From: a bacterium
GTDB taxonomy: Bacteria; UBA10199; 2-02-FULL-44-16; DYJF01
Direction of reading: 5' to 3'
DNA: 16,785 bases
NCBI GenBank assembly: GCA_041739675.1
Contig: JBGSNL010000012.1
Coordinates: 1-16,785, forward strand
Part shown: piece after piece, positions 8,446 to 16,785 of the stretch
Numbering within the stretch: the stretch's first letter is position 1
Layout of the letters: each line of letters opens with the position of its first letter
The notes under the pieces: model-generated
Database searches by the model: none
What the model was told of the DNA's origin: nothing
What the model saw: the letters and a program-made list of their open reading frames with translations, nothing else
Program-made: the position numbers and the translations under genes

Positions 8446-8845
8446 TGCCCTTGACCAGCCACGCAAGAAAGGCGCGTTTTGAAACGACGTCGGGGTGTTT
8501 CACCGACGTATCGTGTATGATGGCTAGCAGTCCCGGATAGATCTCATCTTTCCACTCGTCGGCCGTGCCGTGCGTGAACAGAGATTCAAAAAGCCCGCCC
8601 ACAACCTGCTTGTCCCCTATCGTCGGAGAGGACACACATTTCTCCATGACCTCAATCTTCATTCTCGTCGGCGCGCGGTCGACTCTGGCGACGAGCCTTT
8701 TGTAGATCTCCTGTTCGGTTGTTCCCGCCAGCTCGAATGACGATGATTGAGGCTGCGTCCCTTTGGGAGGTGAACAGGTCGGCTCCGCTTGGGCCGGCGC
8801 GACGTGGCCGAGCCATCTTGAAAAAACCTTCCGAATGATCGACAT
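8429..8845 (-). CDS. Hypothetical orphan protein (138 aa, MSIIRKVF...)
   Basis: Fills the gap between the nucleotidase and tpl. Low-complexity N-terminus followed by a helical-looking domain; a promoter-like sequence sits directly upstream. No homology recognised. Confidence 0.55.
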   Translation of the reverse strand: MSIIRKVFSRWLGHVAPAQAEPTCSPPKGTQPQSSSFELAGTTEQEIYKRLVARVDRAPTRMKIEVMEKCVSSPTIGDKQVVGGLFESLFTHGTADEWKDEIYPGLLAIIHDTSVKHPDVVSKRAFLAWLVKGIMSQS

Positions 8846-8852
8846 GGACGAA

Positions 8853-8882
8853 ATGCTAATCCGGCAAATCGAGCTCTGGCAA
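8853..8882 (-). promoter_or_regulatory. Putative sigma-70 promoter abutting the orphan start codon
   Basis: TTGCCA, 18-nt spacer, TAGCAT, 7 nt, ATG (8845). Confidence 0.4.
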
Positions 8883-8909
8883 GCAAAATCTGGCCCTATT
8901 TCCCCTTGA

Positions 8910-10358
<1,449 letters not shown>

Positions 10359-10369
10359 TCAATCACCTC

Positions 10370-10591
10370 TCATGCGGCATGGGGTTTCCCTGGCGTGAGG
10401 ACTAGGCCCTTCGCCTTCGCCGCCAACGCTCATGCTCGCGGTTAATCGCCAGCCTTCCGGGCACCCAACCCAAGTAGCATCATCTCCGTATTGTTATCTG
10501 GCGAGCCGGCGCTGAGATATCAGCCAGCATGGCGATTGGCGGCTCGTCTTTCGGGCATGTCCTCACGCAAGGGAAGCCCCACGCCACATGA
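10370..10591. other. 222-nt branched fold-back element A (structured ncRNA or MITE-like repeat)
   Basis: 33-bp terminal inverted repeat 10370-10402 / 10559-10591 with 4 mismatches; further stems 10419-10426/10536-10543, 10431-10436/10526-10531 and 10446-10452/10498-10504; hairpin 10511-10524. Confidence 0.7.
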
Positions 10592-10612
10592 ACAGAATAT
10601 CATCGATACTTC

Positions 10613-10783
10613 TATCAAAACTCGGAGGCGTAGGGGCAGTGGGGTCATGGGGCGTCTCGGAGGCGATTGCATCCATGGATATGATGCCGCAATCGCCGAG
10701 AGACGAGGTGCGTTTTTGGGCCGTAACCCAAAAACGACACCGTACCCATGACCCACAGCCCCGAAAGCCTCTGAGTTTTGATA
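10613..10783. mobile_element. 171-nt Y-shaped fold-back element B (MITE-like or structured RNA)
   Basis: TATCAAAACTCGGAGGC (10613-10629) pairs with GCCTCTGAGTTTTGATA (10767-10783), continuing as GGGTCATGGG/CCCATGACCC; two internal arms (10653-10705, 10707-10741); TA at both ends. Confidence 0.6.
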
Positions 10784-10787
10784 TGAG

Positions 10788-11144
10788 TTACTTTTTTCCG
10801 TGTGTAGCAGTAACCGTTGTTGCGATTCCGCCGCGGACGTTGAACATGCCTTTCACTTCCATCCAGCGCGGATTGCAGGCGGCCACCAGGTCGGAGAGGA
10901 TCTTGTTGGTGACAGCTTCGTGAAACGCCCCTTCGTTGCGATAGCTCCAAAGATAGAGCTTCAATGATTTCAGCTCGATGCAGAGTTTGTCGGGAACGTA
11001 TTCTATTATGAACGTGGCGAAATCGGGCTGGCCGGTCATCGGGCACAGACACGTGAATTCAGGACAATCCATCGAGATCACATAATCCCTTTCAGGATTG
11101 GGGTTTGAAAAAGTTTGCAGCTCCCTTGCCGGTTTTGTAGCCAT
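10788..11144 (-). CDS. queF: NADPH-dependent preQ0 reductase (short, unimodular QueF)
   Basis: [16 protein letters not shown] (catalytic Cys/Asp), [13 protein letters not shown] (QueF motif), FHE and RGGI. SD AGGAG upstream. Confidence 0.96.
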   Translation of the reverse strand: MATKPARELQTFSNPNPERDYVISMDCPEFTCLCPMTGQPDFATFIIEYVPDKLCIELKSLKLYLWSYRNEGAFHEAVTNKILSDLVAACNPRWMEVKGMFNVRGGIATTVTATHGKK

Positions 11145-11152
11145 GACGTCTC

Positions 11153-12022
11153 CTATTGAAGTCTTATAACTTCCGTTGTCAGCTTATCCCCGCCGGTGCA
11201 CGCTTTAACGTAATTGAAAAATTCGTGTTCGGAATCCCTGTCCTTCAGCTTGCCGCCCGCGCCGCCGCTTATGATGAAAGGAACGCCGCCCCAGTATCCC
11301 TGATAATAGCCGTGGTTGTGCGCCGTGAAGATGTACGACACGTTGTATTTTTTAAACAAATTCATGAGCTCGAACGCAAGATCGCGATTCCTGATTCCGT
11401 AACTTGCCGCGACTTTTTGCATCGACACTCTCTTGGGCTTCTTTGCGGGATCGAAAGGAAAGGCTCGCGCCTCGAAAAGAGGGACGTGAAAAAATACGAG
11501 GCGGTATTTTTTGTCCTGTGTCTTTGCAAGCTCGCCTTCAAGCCACGTCTTCTCTTCGTCCGTGAAAGATTTTCCCTCGTAGGACGAACTGTCCAGCACA
11601 AAAAACGCCGTATCGCCGACATCGAAACGGTAATATGTCGGTCCGAAATATTTTTCAAAACGCGCTTGCCCACCGTTTAGAACATCGTGATTTCCAATCG
11701 CCATGACGATGGGCGTCTTGAATTTTTTTACCGTATTCAAGAGGCCCTTATACTCACCTTCTTTTCCATCCGAAACAACATCTCCGTCCGCGACGGAGAA
11801 TTTTACCTCCGGATCCGATTCAATCATCTTATAGATATTTAAAAAAACATCATTAATATGCCAGTGGATGTCGCCCATAACGGCAAAACAAAACGACGGT
11901 TCATTTATCTTCTCGATTTTCTCAACCTGCCCCTTGTTCCACGGTGACGAACCTTTACCTGCAAAGGCCCCCATGGAGACAAAAAGCGTCAAAAAAACGA
12001 GTGATTTCAAAAGAGATTTCAT
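11153..12022 (-). CDS. Exported calcineurin-like metallophosphoesterase
   Basis: GDIH, DGDVV, GNHD, FFHVP and AHNH motifs, plus ISGGAGG. Signal peptide [21 protein letters not shown]. Confidence 0.88.
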   Translation of the reverse strand: MKSLLKSLVFLTLFVSMGAFAGKGSSPWNKGQVEKIEKINEPSFCFAVMGDIHWHINDVFLNIYKMIESDPEVKFSVADGDVVSDGKEGEYKGLLNTVKKFKTPIVMAIGNHDVLNGGQARFEKYFGPTYYRFDVGDTAFFVLDSSSYEGKSFTDEEKTWLEGELAKTQDKKYRLVFFHVPLFEARAFPFDPAKKPKRVSMQKVAASYGIRNRDLAFELMNLFKKYNVSYIFTAHNHGYYQGYWGGVPFIISGGAGGKLKDRDSEHEFFNYVKACTGGDKLTTEVIRLQ

Positions 12023-12030
12023 GGTCCGGA

Positions 12031-12060
12031 AACCTAACATCGAAAGCATGGAGAGCACAA
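12031..12060 (-). promoter_or_regulatory. Putative extended -10 promoter abutting the metallophosphoesterase start
   Basis: TTGTGC, 18-nt spacer ending TGt, TAGGTT, 8 nt, ATG (12022). Confidence 0.4.
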
Positions 12061-12151
12061 TTGAAAATCCACTTTACGCTTTCCATTTTGAATTCATTGG
12101 GATATGAAATCCATCAAACATAAAAACCGGTTCAATCCGGGGGAGGTAAGC

Positions 12152-13408
12152 ATGAAGAGATTTTGGTTGTTTGGTGTTCTGGCCGCAGTGGCGTTGACCG
12201 CGGCAGCGTGCGGCGGTGGTGGCGGCAGTACTCCTACGCCGACGGGCGATCTGACGGCCGTGTCGGTGAAGAGCTCCACGTCCACAGGTGATTTCACGCC
12301 GAACGTCATAGCCGGTCTCGGAACGGGCGGCACGCTTCAATTCACGATAGGCGGCGTGGATATCGACAATGACGGCACAGTCGATACACCGGCCGCAGGC
12401 GTCATCACAGCTTCAAGCGGCGCTCTCGCCATGGTAGCGAAGGCCGTATCCGACACGGAAGTGACCTGCGTCGCATCGGAAATCGGTGGCACTACCTCAT
12501 CTGCATACGATATCGGCATAAGCCTCGATACAACGGCAAGTATGGGCGCAGCTGCCGGCGTTCTTGCCAACAAGATTGCCGCATTTACAACGTCTTTGGC
12601 GGACGCAGGTGTTGATGCACAGTTTGCCGGGATCACAGTCGGAGATGAGTTTGCAACAAAAGCCAGTCCCTCCCTCTTTACGGACCCCGGTGCCCTGGGA
12701 ACCCTTGGGGTGCCCACTCCAGTCGAGAATTCGGATTCACCTCCTCCACCCACTTGTGAAAGACCGGACACGGGGGCTACGCTTTTGGGTGCCACCGCTA
12801 TGGCTGCATTTTTTAACGATGTCAGTACAGTATATGGAGCGGGCGGCTGTTTCGGCACGGACGCAACTGAAAATTATCTGGGTTCCGTTTCTTTCATAAC
12901 AACCAATGTGACGAAGCGTTCCGGCTCCATTCCCATCATCATCTCTATCGGTGACAACTGTGCGCATACGCCCACGACGTTCCCGCTGATTACAAACTAT
13001 AATGCGGCAACGGACGCCATCTTTCTGCCACCCGATCCGGTCGCATTTGCGGCGGGTCTTGCTGGAAGGGCCAGGGTTAACGTCATAGGCAATACCGAGG
13101 ACCTTCTGAATTGTACGGCAGGCGGTTACTACAACATGAAGGGCCTGGCCGATGCAACGGGCGGTTCCTTCATAGACATGGGCGGCTTTGGTGCCTGCAA
13201 CGATGCCGCTACCTGCCCCGTGGATTTGACACAGGATGCGATCCTCGGTGCAATCACAAAGAGTATCGTGGAAACCTGCGACGGTCTGTCCTCATTCTAC
13301 GGCGGGTCGGGTGATTATACATTCAGGATCCCCGTCACCGTGATCGGGGCAGACGGCGTTGCAAGAACAGCGACCACAGTAATAGTTCTCACGCTGACCT
13401 TCGCCTAA
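12152..13408 (+). CDS. Cys-rich lipoprotein with a VWA-like domain
   Basis: SD GGAGG; signal MKRFWLFGVLAAVALTAAA|C followed by a Gly/Thr/Pro linker; MIDAS-like ISLDTTASM and IISIGD; LADATGG; DIDNDG motif. Confidence 0.8.
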   Translation: MKRFWLFGVLAAVALTAAACGGGGGSTPTPTGDLTAVSVKSSTSTGDFTPNVIAGLGTGGTLQFTIGGVDIDNDGTVDTPAAGVITASSGALAMVAKAVSDTEVTCVASEIGGTTSSAYDIGISLDTTASMGAAAGVLANKIAAFTTSLADAGVDAQFAGITVGDEFATKASPSLFTDPGALGTLGVPTPVENSDSPPPPTCERPDTGATLLGATAMAAFFNDVSTVYGAGGCFGTDATENYLGSVSFITTNVTKRSGSIPIIISIGDNCAHTPTTFPLITNYNAATDAIFLPPDPVAFAAGLAGRARVNVIGNTEDLLNCTAGGYYNMKGLADATGGSFIDMGGFGACNDAATCPVDLTQDAILGAITKSIVETCDGLSSFYGGSGDYTFRIPVTVIGADGVARTATTVIVLTLTFA

Positions 13409-13421
13409 GTTGAATAGATTC

Positions 13422-13452
13422 AAAAAAGCCCCGGCAATGCCGGGGCTTTTTT
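13422..13452. terminator. Bidirectional intrinsic terminator
   Basis: AAAAAA-GCCCCGGC-AAT-GCCGGGGC-TTTTTT between convergent genes. Confidence 0.9.
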
Positions 13453-13458
13453 ATTTGG

Positions 13459-13483
13459 GATTCTTCGCTTCGCTCAGAATGAC
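13459..13483. repeat. Short REP-like hairpin (GTCATTCTGAGCGAAGCGAAGAATC on the - strand)
   Basis: ATTCT/AGAAT stem around a GCGAAGC mini-hairpin with a GTCA flank. Resembles an intergenic REP-like family I recall from other bacteria. Single copy in this window. Confidence 0.55.
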
Positions 13484-13491
13484 ATCACAGA

Positions 13492-14496
13492 TTATTTCGG
13501 TGCTTCAAACTGCCGCACCTTGATACCCGCCTCGTTCAGGAGTTTCAGCGGTGTCTCTTCTATATTATATGCCTTGTTATACACAACCTCTACTATGCCG
13601 CTATTGATTATCATCTTGGTACAGATAAGGCAGGGCGAATACGTGGAATAAATGGTCGAGTCCTTGATTGAAACGCCGTGGTATGCAGCCTGAACAATCG
13701 CGTTCTCCTCAGCGTGCGAACAAAGACACTGCTCCAGTTTTTCTCCCGAGGGCCCGAAGTGATTGCACCTGGGACATCCGCCCTCGCTGCAGTTTTTCAC
13801 CCCGCGGGGCGTTCCGTTGTAACCGGTTGAGATGATTCTCTTGTCTTTCACCACAACCGCAGCGACTTTTCTTTTTATGCAGTTGCTCCTTAAAGAGACG
13901 ACCTTCGCAATCTCCATGAAATATTCGTCCCAGTCGGGGCGGCGGGAATTTGCGGCCAAAGCCTTGATCACCTGCCTCACCTGATCTTGCAGCTCCTCCA
14001 CCGTCGCTTCGTTTTCAACGATCGCGTCGGCCATCGCTGCCGTGCGGTTTAGCTGCTGTGTTGTGGGGTCGTTGGTGTGGGCCTCACGCGCCTCAAGCTC
14101 CAAAAACTCTTCGTATGTCTTGGGATCGTTTTCGCGGTTTCTCGCCTTCGTTCTCTCGAAGCGAACCTTGGGATCCGCCTCGACGGAGATGAGATAGAAT
14201 CCCTTGCGGCGGCGTAGCGCCTCCACCTCAAAGGGATTGCGTATCGAATCTATAACGGCGTGCGCATCGGGGCTGATCTTCTCCAAAACCCTGTCGGCCA
14301 GAATACCGGCTCCCAGTTGCTGACGCATCTCGTTGGCGGTGACGATGAGATGTTCGCGCGTGACGGCAAGACCCTTCGCCTTTATCTCGTCGCGCACGAC
14401 ATCGGACAGGGAGAAGAACTGGTAGCCGGATTCCATAAGAAATTTAGCCACTTCGCCCTTGCCGGAACCGTTTTTTCCTGTGAGACCTATGAGCAT
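13492..14496 (-). CDS. P-loop nucleotide-kinase-like domain fused to dCMP deaminase
   Basis: N-terminal IGLTGKNGSGKG (Walker A) and IDSIR; C-terminal RPDWDEYFM, GYNGTP, HAEEN and PCLIC zinc-deaminase motifs. Confidence 0.9.
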   Translation of the reverse strand: MLIGLTGKNGSGKGEVAKFLMESGYQFFSLSDVVRDEIKAKGLAVTREHLIVTANEMRQQLGAGILADRVLEKISPDAHAVIDSIRNPFEVEALRRRKGFYLISVEADPKVRFERTKARNRENDPKTYEEFLELEAREAHTNDPTTQQLNRTAAMADAIVENEATVEELQDQVRQVIKALAANSRRPDWDEYFMEIAKVVSLRSNCIKRKVAAVVVKDKRIISTGYNGTPRGVKNCSEGGCPRCNHFGPSGEKLEQCLCSHAEENAIVQAAYHGVSIKDSTIYSTYSPCLICTKMIINSGIVEVVYNKAYNIEETPLKLLNEAGIKVRQFEAPK

Positions 14497-14504
14497 TGGG
14501 CCGC

Positions 14505-14546
14505 CCAATACCAGACAATCCCTTATTTTACAAGCCTTTTACAAGC
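14505..14546 (-). promoter_or_regulatory. Putative promoter overlapped by a tandem direct repeat
   Basis: TTGTAA, 17-nt spacer, TATTGG, 8 nt, ATG (14496). TTTTACAAGC occurs at 14526-14535 and 14537-14546. Confidence 0.4.
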
Positions 14547-14569
14547 TTTGAGACATCCGAATTTTTCAC

Positions 14570-14596
14570 GCAACAAAATCGGGCCGGGGCCGATAA
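14570..14596 (+). promoter_or_regulatory. Sigma-28 (FliA/WhiG)-like promoter
   Basis: Exact GCCGATAA -10 box at 14589-14596, 21 nt before the ATG. The -35 position reads GCAA rather than TAAA. Confidence 0.5.
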
Positions 14597-14617
14597 AGGG
14601 GTGAAAGGAAGTATTAA

Positions 14618-15718
14618 ATGATAGGTGGCGCAGATCCAGGTCAAATCCCCGCGGTCCGGCCGGGAACCGTCCCGATCCCTCTCTATGAGGTGATTTTGCC
14701 CGACGACCAGGGTACGCGCTTCATAGCTGCCGCTCCCGCCGACAGGTTCGACAGGAGATTTCGATCGGGAGTGCTGAGCGTTCTAAAGGAGTTTTTTAAA
14801 ATCAGTCCGATCGTCGCAGTTACAGGATATCATTCGGACGACATCAACTCCTTTTTCATGCCCCTTTTCATGGAAAGACTTAAATCGCGCCTTATGCCGT
14901 TTATTCGGGCGCAATATCACGAAACTCTCGCTCAGGAACTCGCCCTGCAAATAATCGGGGCCGGGGCCACAACCCTCATCGTGAACTGGGATCCACAGAT
15001 GGCGCAAGACGCCAACGTGCCCGATATATTGAGATACGGCCTTGCCACGAATCCGGAAATGCGCATTCTCATAGTTGGTCAGGATTTGAACATGTCTCCC
15101 GGCGAGTGGTCGAAAGAGCTTGAACCCTTTATGACCCATTTTCACGGCAACCGATGGTATGCAACGCCCATCATCGGTATCATTCCGCAGATTATGAATC
15201 CCGTGCAGGCGGCCAGATATCTTTTCGACAACGACGAGCCTGAATTTCTCGATGCGATAAACTACGCGCAGGAATATATTCCTCTGCTCAGTTCTTTTCT
15301 GGCATTCTTAAGATCGACCATTGGAAACGACAATCCGAACCCGATTCAGACCCTGGTGGAGATAATCGAGGATATCCCGGAAGCCATCGGGATCAGATCG
15401 TCCAATGGGACCGCGGCCGTGTCCGTACAAGGTGACAGGGTCATAAGTAATTTCAGCGCTGCGGATCTTGAGAAGATAAAAACTGTGACGGGACTCGTCG
15501 AGCCGAATGAGGGTTACGAAATACGGACCGTCACGCCTAACGTGCAATCACGTCAGGAGAGCCAGGAAATCATTGAGGCCAGAAGGGCGCAGCAGAGAAT
15601 TCTTTTGAGATACCGCCATCCTCAAGTCCTTCGCGGTTCGGTTCTCACTAATCCCGCGATCATCAATAATTATTTTGCCAGGAACCCCGCGGCTTTCACG
15701 ATCAGGGCCATCCCCTAA
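14618..15718 (+). CDS. Hypothetical protein, possibly a degenerate P-loop NTPase fold
   Basis: 366-aa ORF with SD AAAGGAAG, filling the gap between flanking genes. No family recognised with confidence. Confidence 0.75.
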   Translation: MIGGADPGQIPAVRPGTVPIPLYEVILPDDQGTRFIAAAPADRFDRRFRSGVLSVLKEFFKISPIVAVTGYHSDDINSFFMPLFMERLKSRLMPFIRAQYHETLAQELALQIIGAGATTLIVNWDPQMAQDANVPDILRYGLATNPEMRILIVGQDLNMSPGEWSKELEPFMTHFHGNRWYATPIIGIIPQIMNPVQAARYLFDNDEPEFLDAINYAQEYIPLLSSFLAFLRSTIGNDNPNPIQTLVEIIEDIPEAIGIRSSNGTAAVSVQGDRVISNFSAADLEKIKTVTGLVEPNEGYEIRTVTPNVQSRQESQEIIEARRAQQRILLRYRHPQVLRGSVLTNPAIINNYFARNPAAFTIRAIP

Positions 15719-15724
15719 AAAAGT

Positions 15725-16447
15725 TCAGGGCTTGAATTGGCGGGCTTTGGGATCGAAAGAGACGATCGCTGAAGTGGAATATTCCGGAACGAGATAAAAA
15801 GTCTCCGTCAGTTTCACACCGATTCTACTTCCCTCAAGCAAGGCGTACAATTTTTCCTGATCCATGAGGCTTGGGGCCGCAGGATATCCGAAACTGAAGC
15901 GGCAACCAAGGTCTTCCGGCAGGCCCAGCCCCTTTCCTATCACACGCTGCCCGTATTCCGCGGCTGCCTCCGCGCATTCTGCGGCCAGTCCTTTGAGAAA
16001 AAAAGCCTCCGAATATCTTTTTTCTTTAAAAAGGCGCACCCCCTCTTCGATTACTTTTTTTCCTATCGTCGCAATCTGCATCGTTATGAATCCGTCCGGA
16101 AAAAAATCGGAGACGCACAGGTTAGGACTCTGTCGCTGCCTTGGAAATTCAAAACGGTAGATCTTCTTCCCGTTTTTCGAAACAAGAATGGCATTCTCCT
16201 GTTTTTTGCATTCAAAATGGCCGTAAACGATTTTCGGGGAAATAAGGTTTTGCGATTCGCAAACGGTGACGAGTTTTTCGAATAGCGGGACAAGCGTGGT
16301 CTTCTTCAATTCTTCCCACTCAGCCGCCGTCTGCCCTTTTCTGAACTGCCATCTCGAAGCAAAGAGCACATCACGGTTGATGAGGGCCACAATGTCGGCA
16401 AGACCCACAGTATCCAGAACTTTTGTGCCCAGAAAGGGGGGCTTCAT
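15725..16447 (-). CDS. Stand-alone methionine synthase AdoMet-binding reactivation domain
   Basis: PPFLG start, WQF, FEFPRQ, LCVSDFF, LAAECAEAAAE, GCRFSFGYPA.P and L.PEYSTSA motifs. Its ATG overlaps the upstream stop (ATGA, 16447-16444). Confidence 0.88.
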   Translation of the reverse strand: MKPPFLGTKVLDTVGLADIVALINRDVLFASRWQFRKGQTAAEWEELKKTTLVPLFEKLVTVCESQNLISPKIVYGHFECKKQENAILVSKNGKKIYRFEFPRQRQSPNLCVSDFFPDGFITMQIATIGKKVIEEGVRLFKEKRYSEAFFLKGLAAECAEAAAEYGQRVIGKGLGLPEDLGCRFSFGYPAAPSLMDQEKLYALLEGSRIGVKLTETFYLVPEYSTSAIVSFDPKARQFKP

Positions 16448-16785
16448 TTCGCAATTTTCTCCATCGCCTGGAGGCCGGCGAATGCGTCCTCGCAATAATA
16501 GACCGGCCCTCCGTACGTCTTTTTGAGCGTTGTCTCAGTGAATTTTTTCGTCAGCGCTGCGCCGCCAACCAGAACCGGAATTGCAACGTTCTGATGTTTG
16601 AGCGTTTCCAGATCCTCCCGCATCACCTCCGTCGAACTTACAAGAAGCCCCGAAAGACCTATCGCGTCCGCGTTGTGCTTTTTTGCAGCTTCGAGGATCG
16701 TGCCGATGGGCTGCCTTATCCCCAGATTTACAACCTCAAATCCGTTATTGGAAAGGATGATATCGACAAGATTTTTGCCGATGTC
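16444..16785 (-). CDS. metH: Cobalamin-dependent methionine synthase, 3' end (B12-binding domain); partial
   Basis: Manual translation from the window edge: DIGKNLVDIILSNNGFEVVNLG...IGLSGLLV...VLVGGAALT...YCEDAFAGL...AK*, carrying the B12-binding (DxH)DIG, SxL and GG motifs. Confidence 0.88.
   Translation of the reverse strand, partial: DIGKNLVDIILSNNGFEVVNLGIRQPIGTILEAAKKHNADAIGLSGLLVSSTEVMREDLETLKHQNVAIPVLVGGAALTKKFTETTLKKTYGGPVYYCEDAFAGLQAMEKIAK

Noticed and set aside
10370..10783. tRNA, tmRNA, RNase P, SRP or CRISPR identity for the structured region
   Set aside because: No T-loop/CCA end, no RNase P GAGGAAAGUCC, no SRP core motif and no spaced direct repeats were seen.
10491..11052. 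Short ORFs across the tpl-queF gap (10491-10751, 10520-10756, 10588-10923, 10645-11052)
   Set aside because: They run through GC-rich palindromes or overlap queF, and lack SDs and motifs.
11145..11200. preQ1 riboswitch upstream of queF
   Set aside because: Only 8 nt of intergenic space, and no preQ1 aptamer motif recognised.
14497..14617. AvcI-like antitoxin RNA upstream of the kinase-deaminase
   Set aside because: The gap is only 121 nt and is occupied by two promoter candidates, with no strong fold evident.

Overview
Bacterial, mostly housekeeping/scavenging window with no rRNA, tRNA, CRISPR or transposase. Left to right: a partial M4/M36 zinc metallopeptidase missed by the ORF track (- strand, runs off the left edge); a PflX-like radical SAM gene and a NamZ/DUF1343 muramidase (-); a divergent operon OPT transporter - divergent pepT - ridA - 5'-nucleotidase (+); a small orphan (-); tyrosine phenol-lyase (+); queF and a metallophosphoesterase (-); a Cys-rich VWA lipoprotein (+); a P-loop kinase/dCMP deaminase fusion (-); an orphan with a sigma-28-like -10 box (+); and a split B12-dependent methionine synthase (-). 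The least explained signals are five different palindromic elements: two large branched fold-backs side by side between tpl and queF (10370-10591, 10613-10783), a precise 45-bp in-frame insertion inside the radical SAM gene, an AT-rich palindrome overlapping the nucleotidase signal peptide, and a short REP-like hairpin. Also notable are four SD-less genes whose promoter geometry suggests leaderless mRNAs. All calls are by eye, without database searches.
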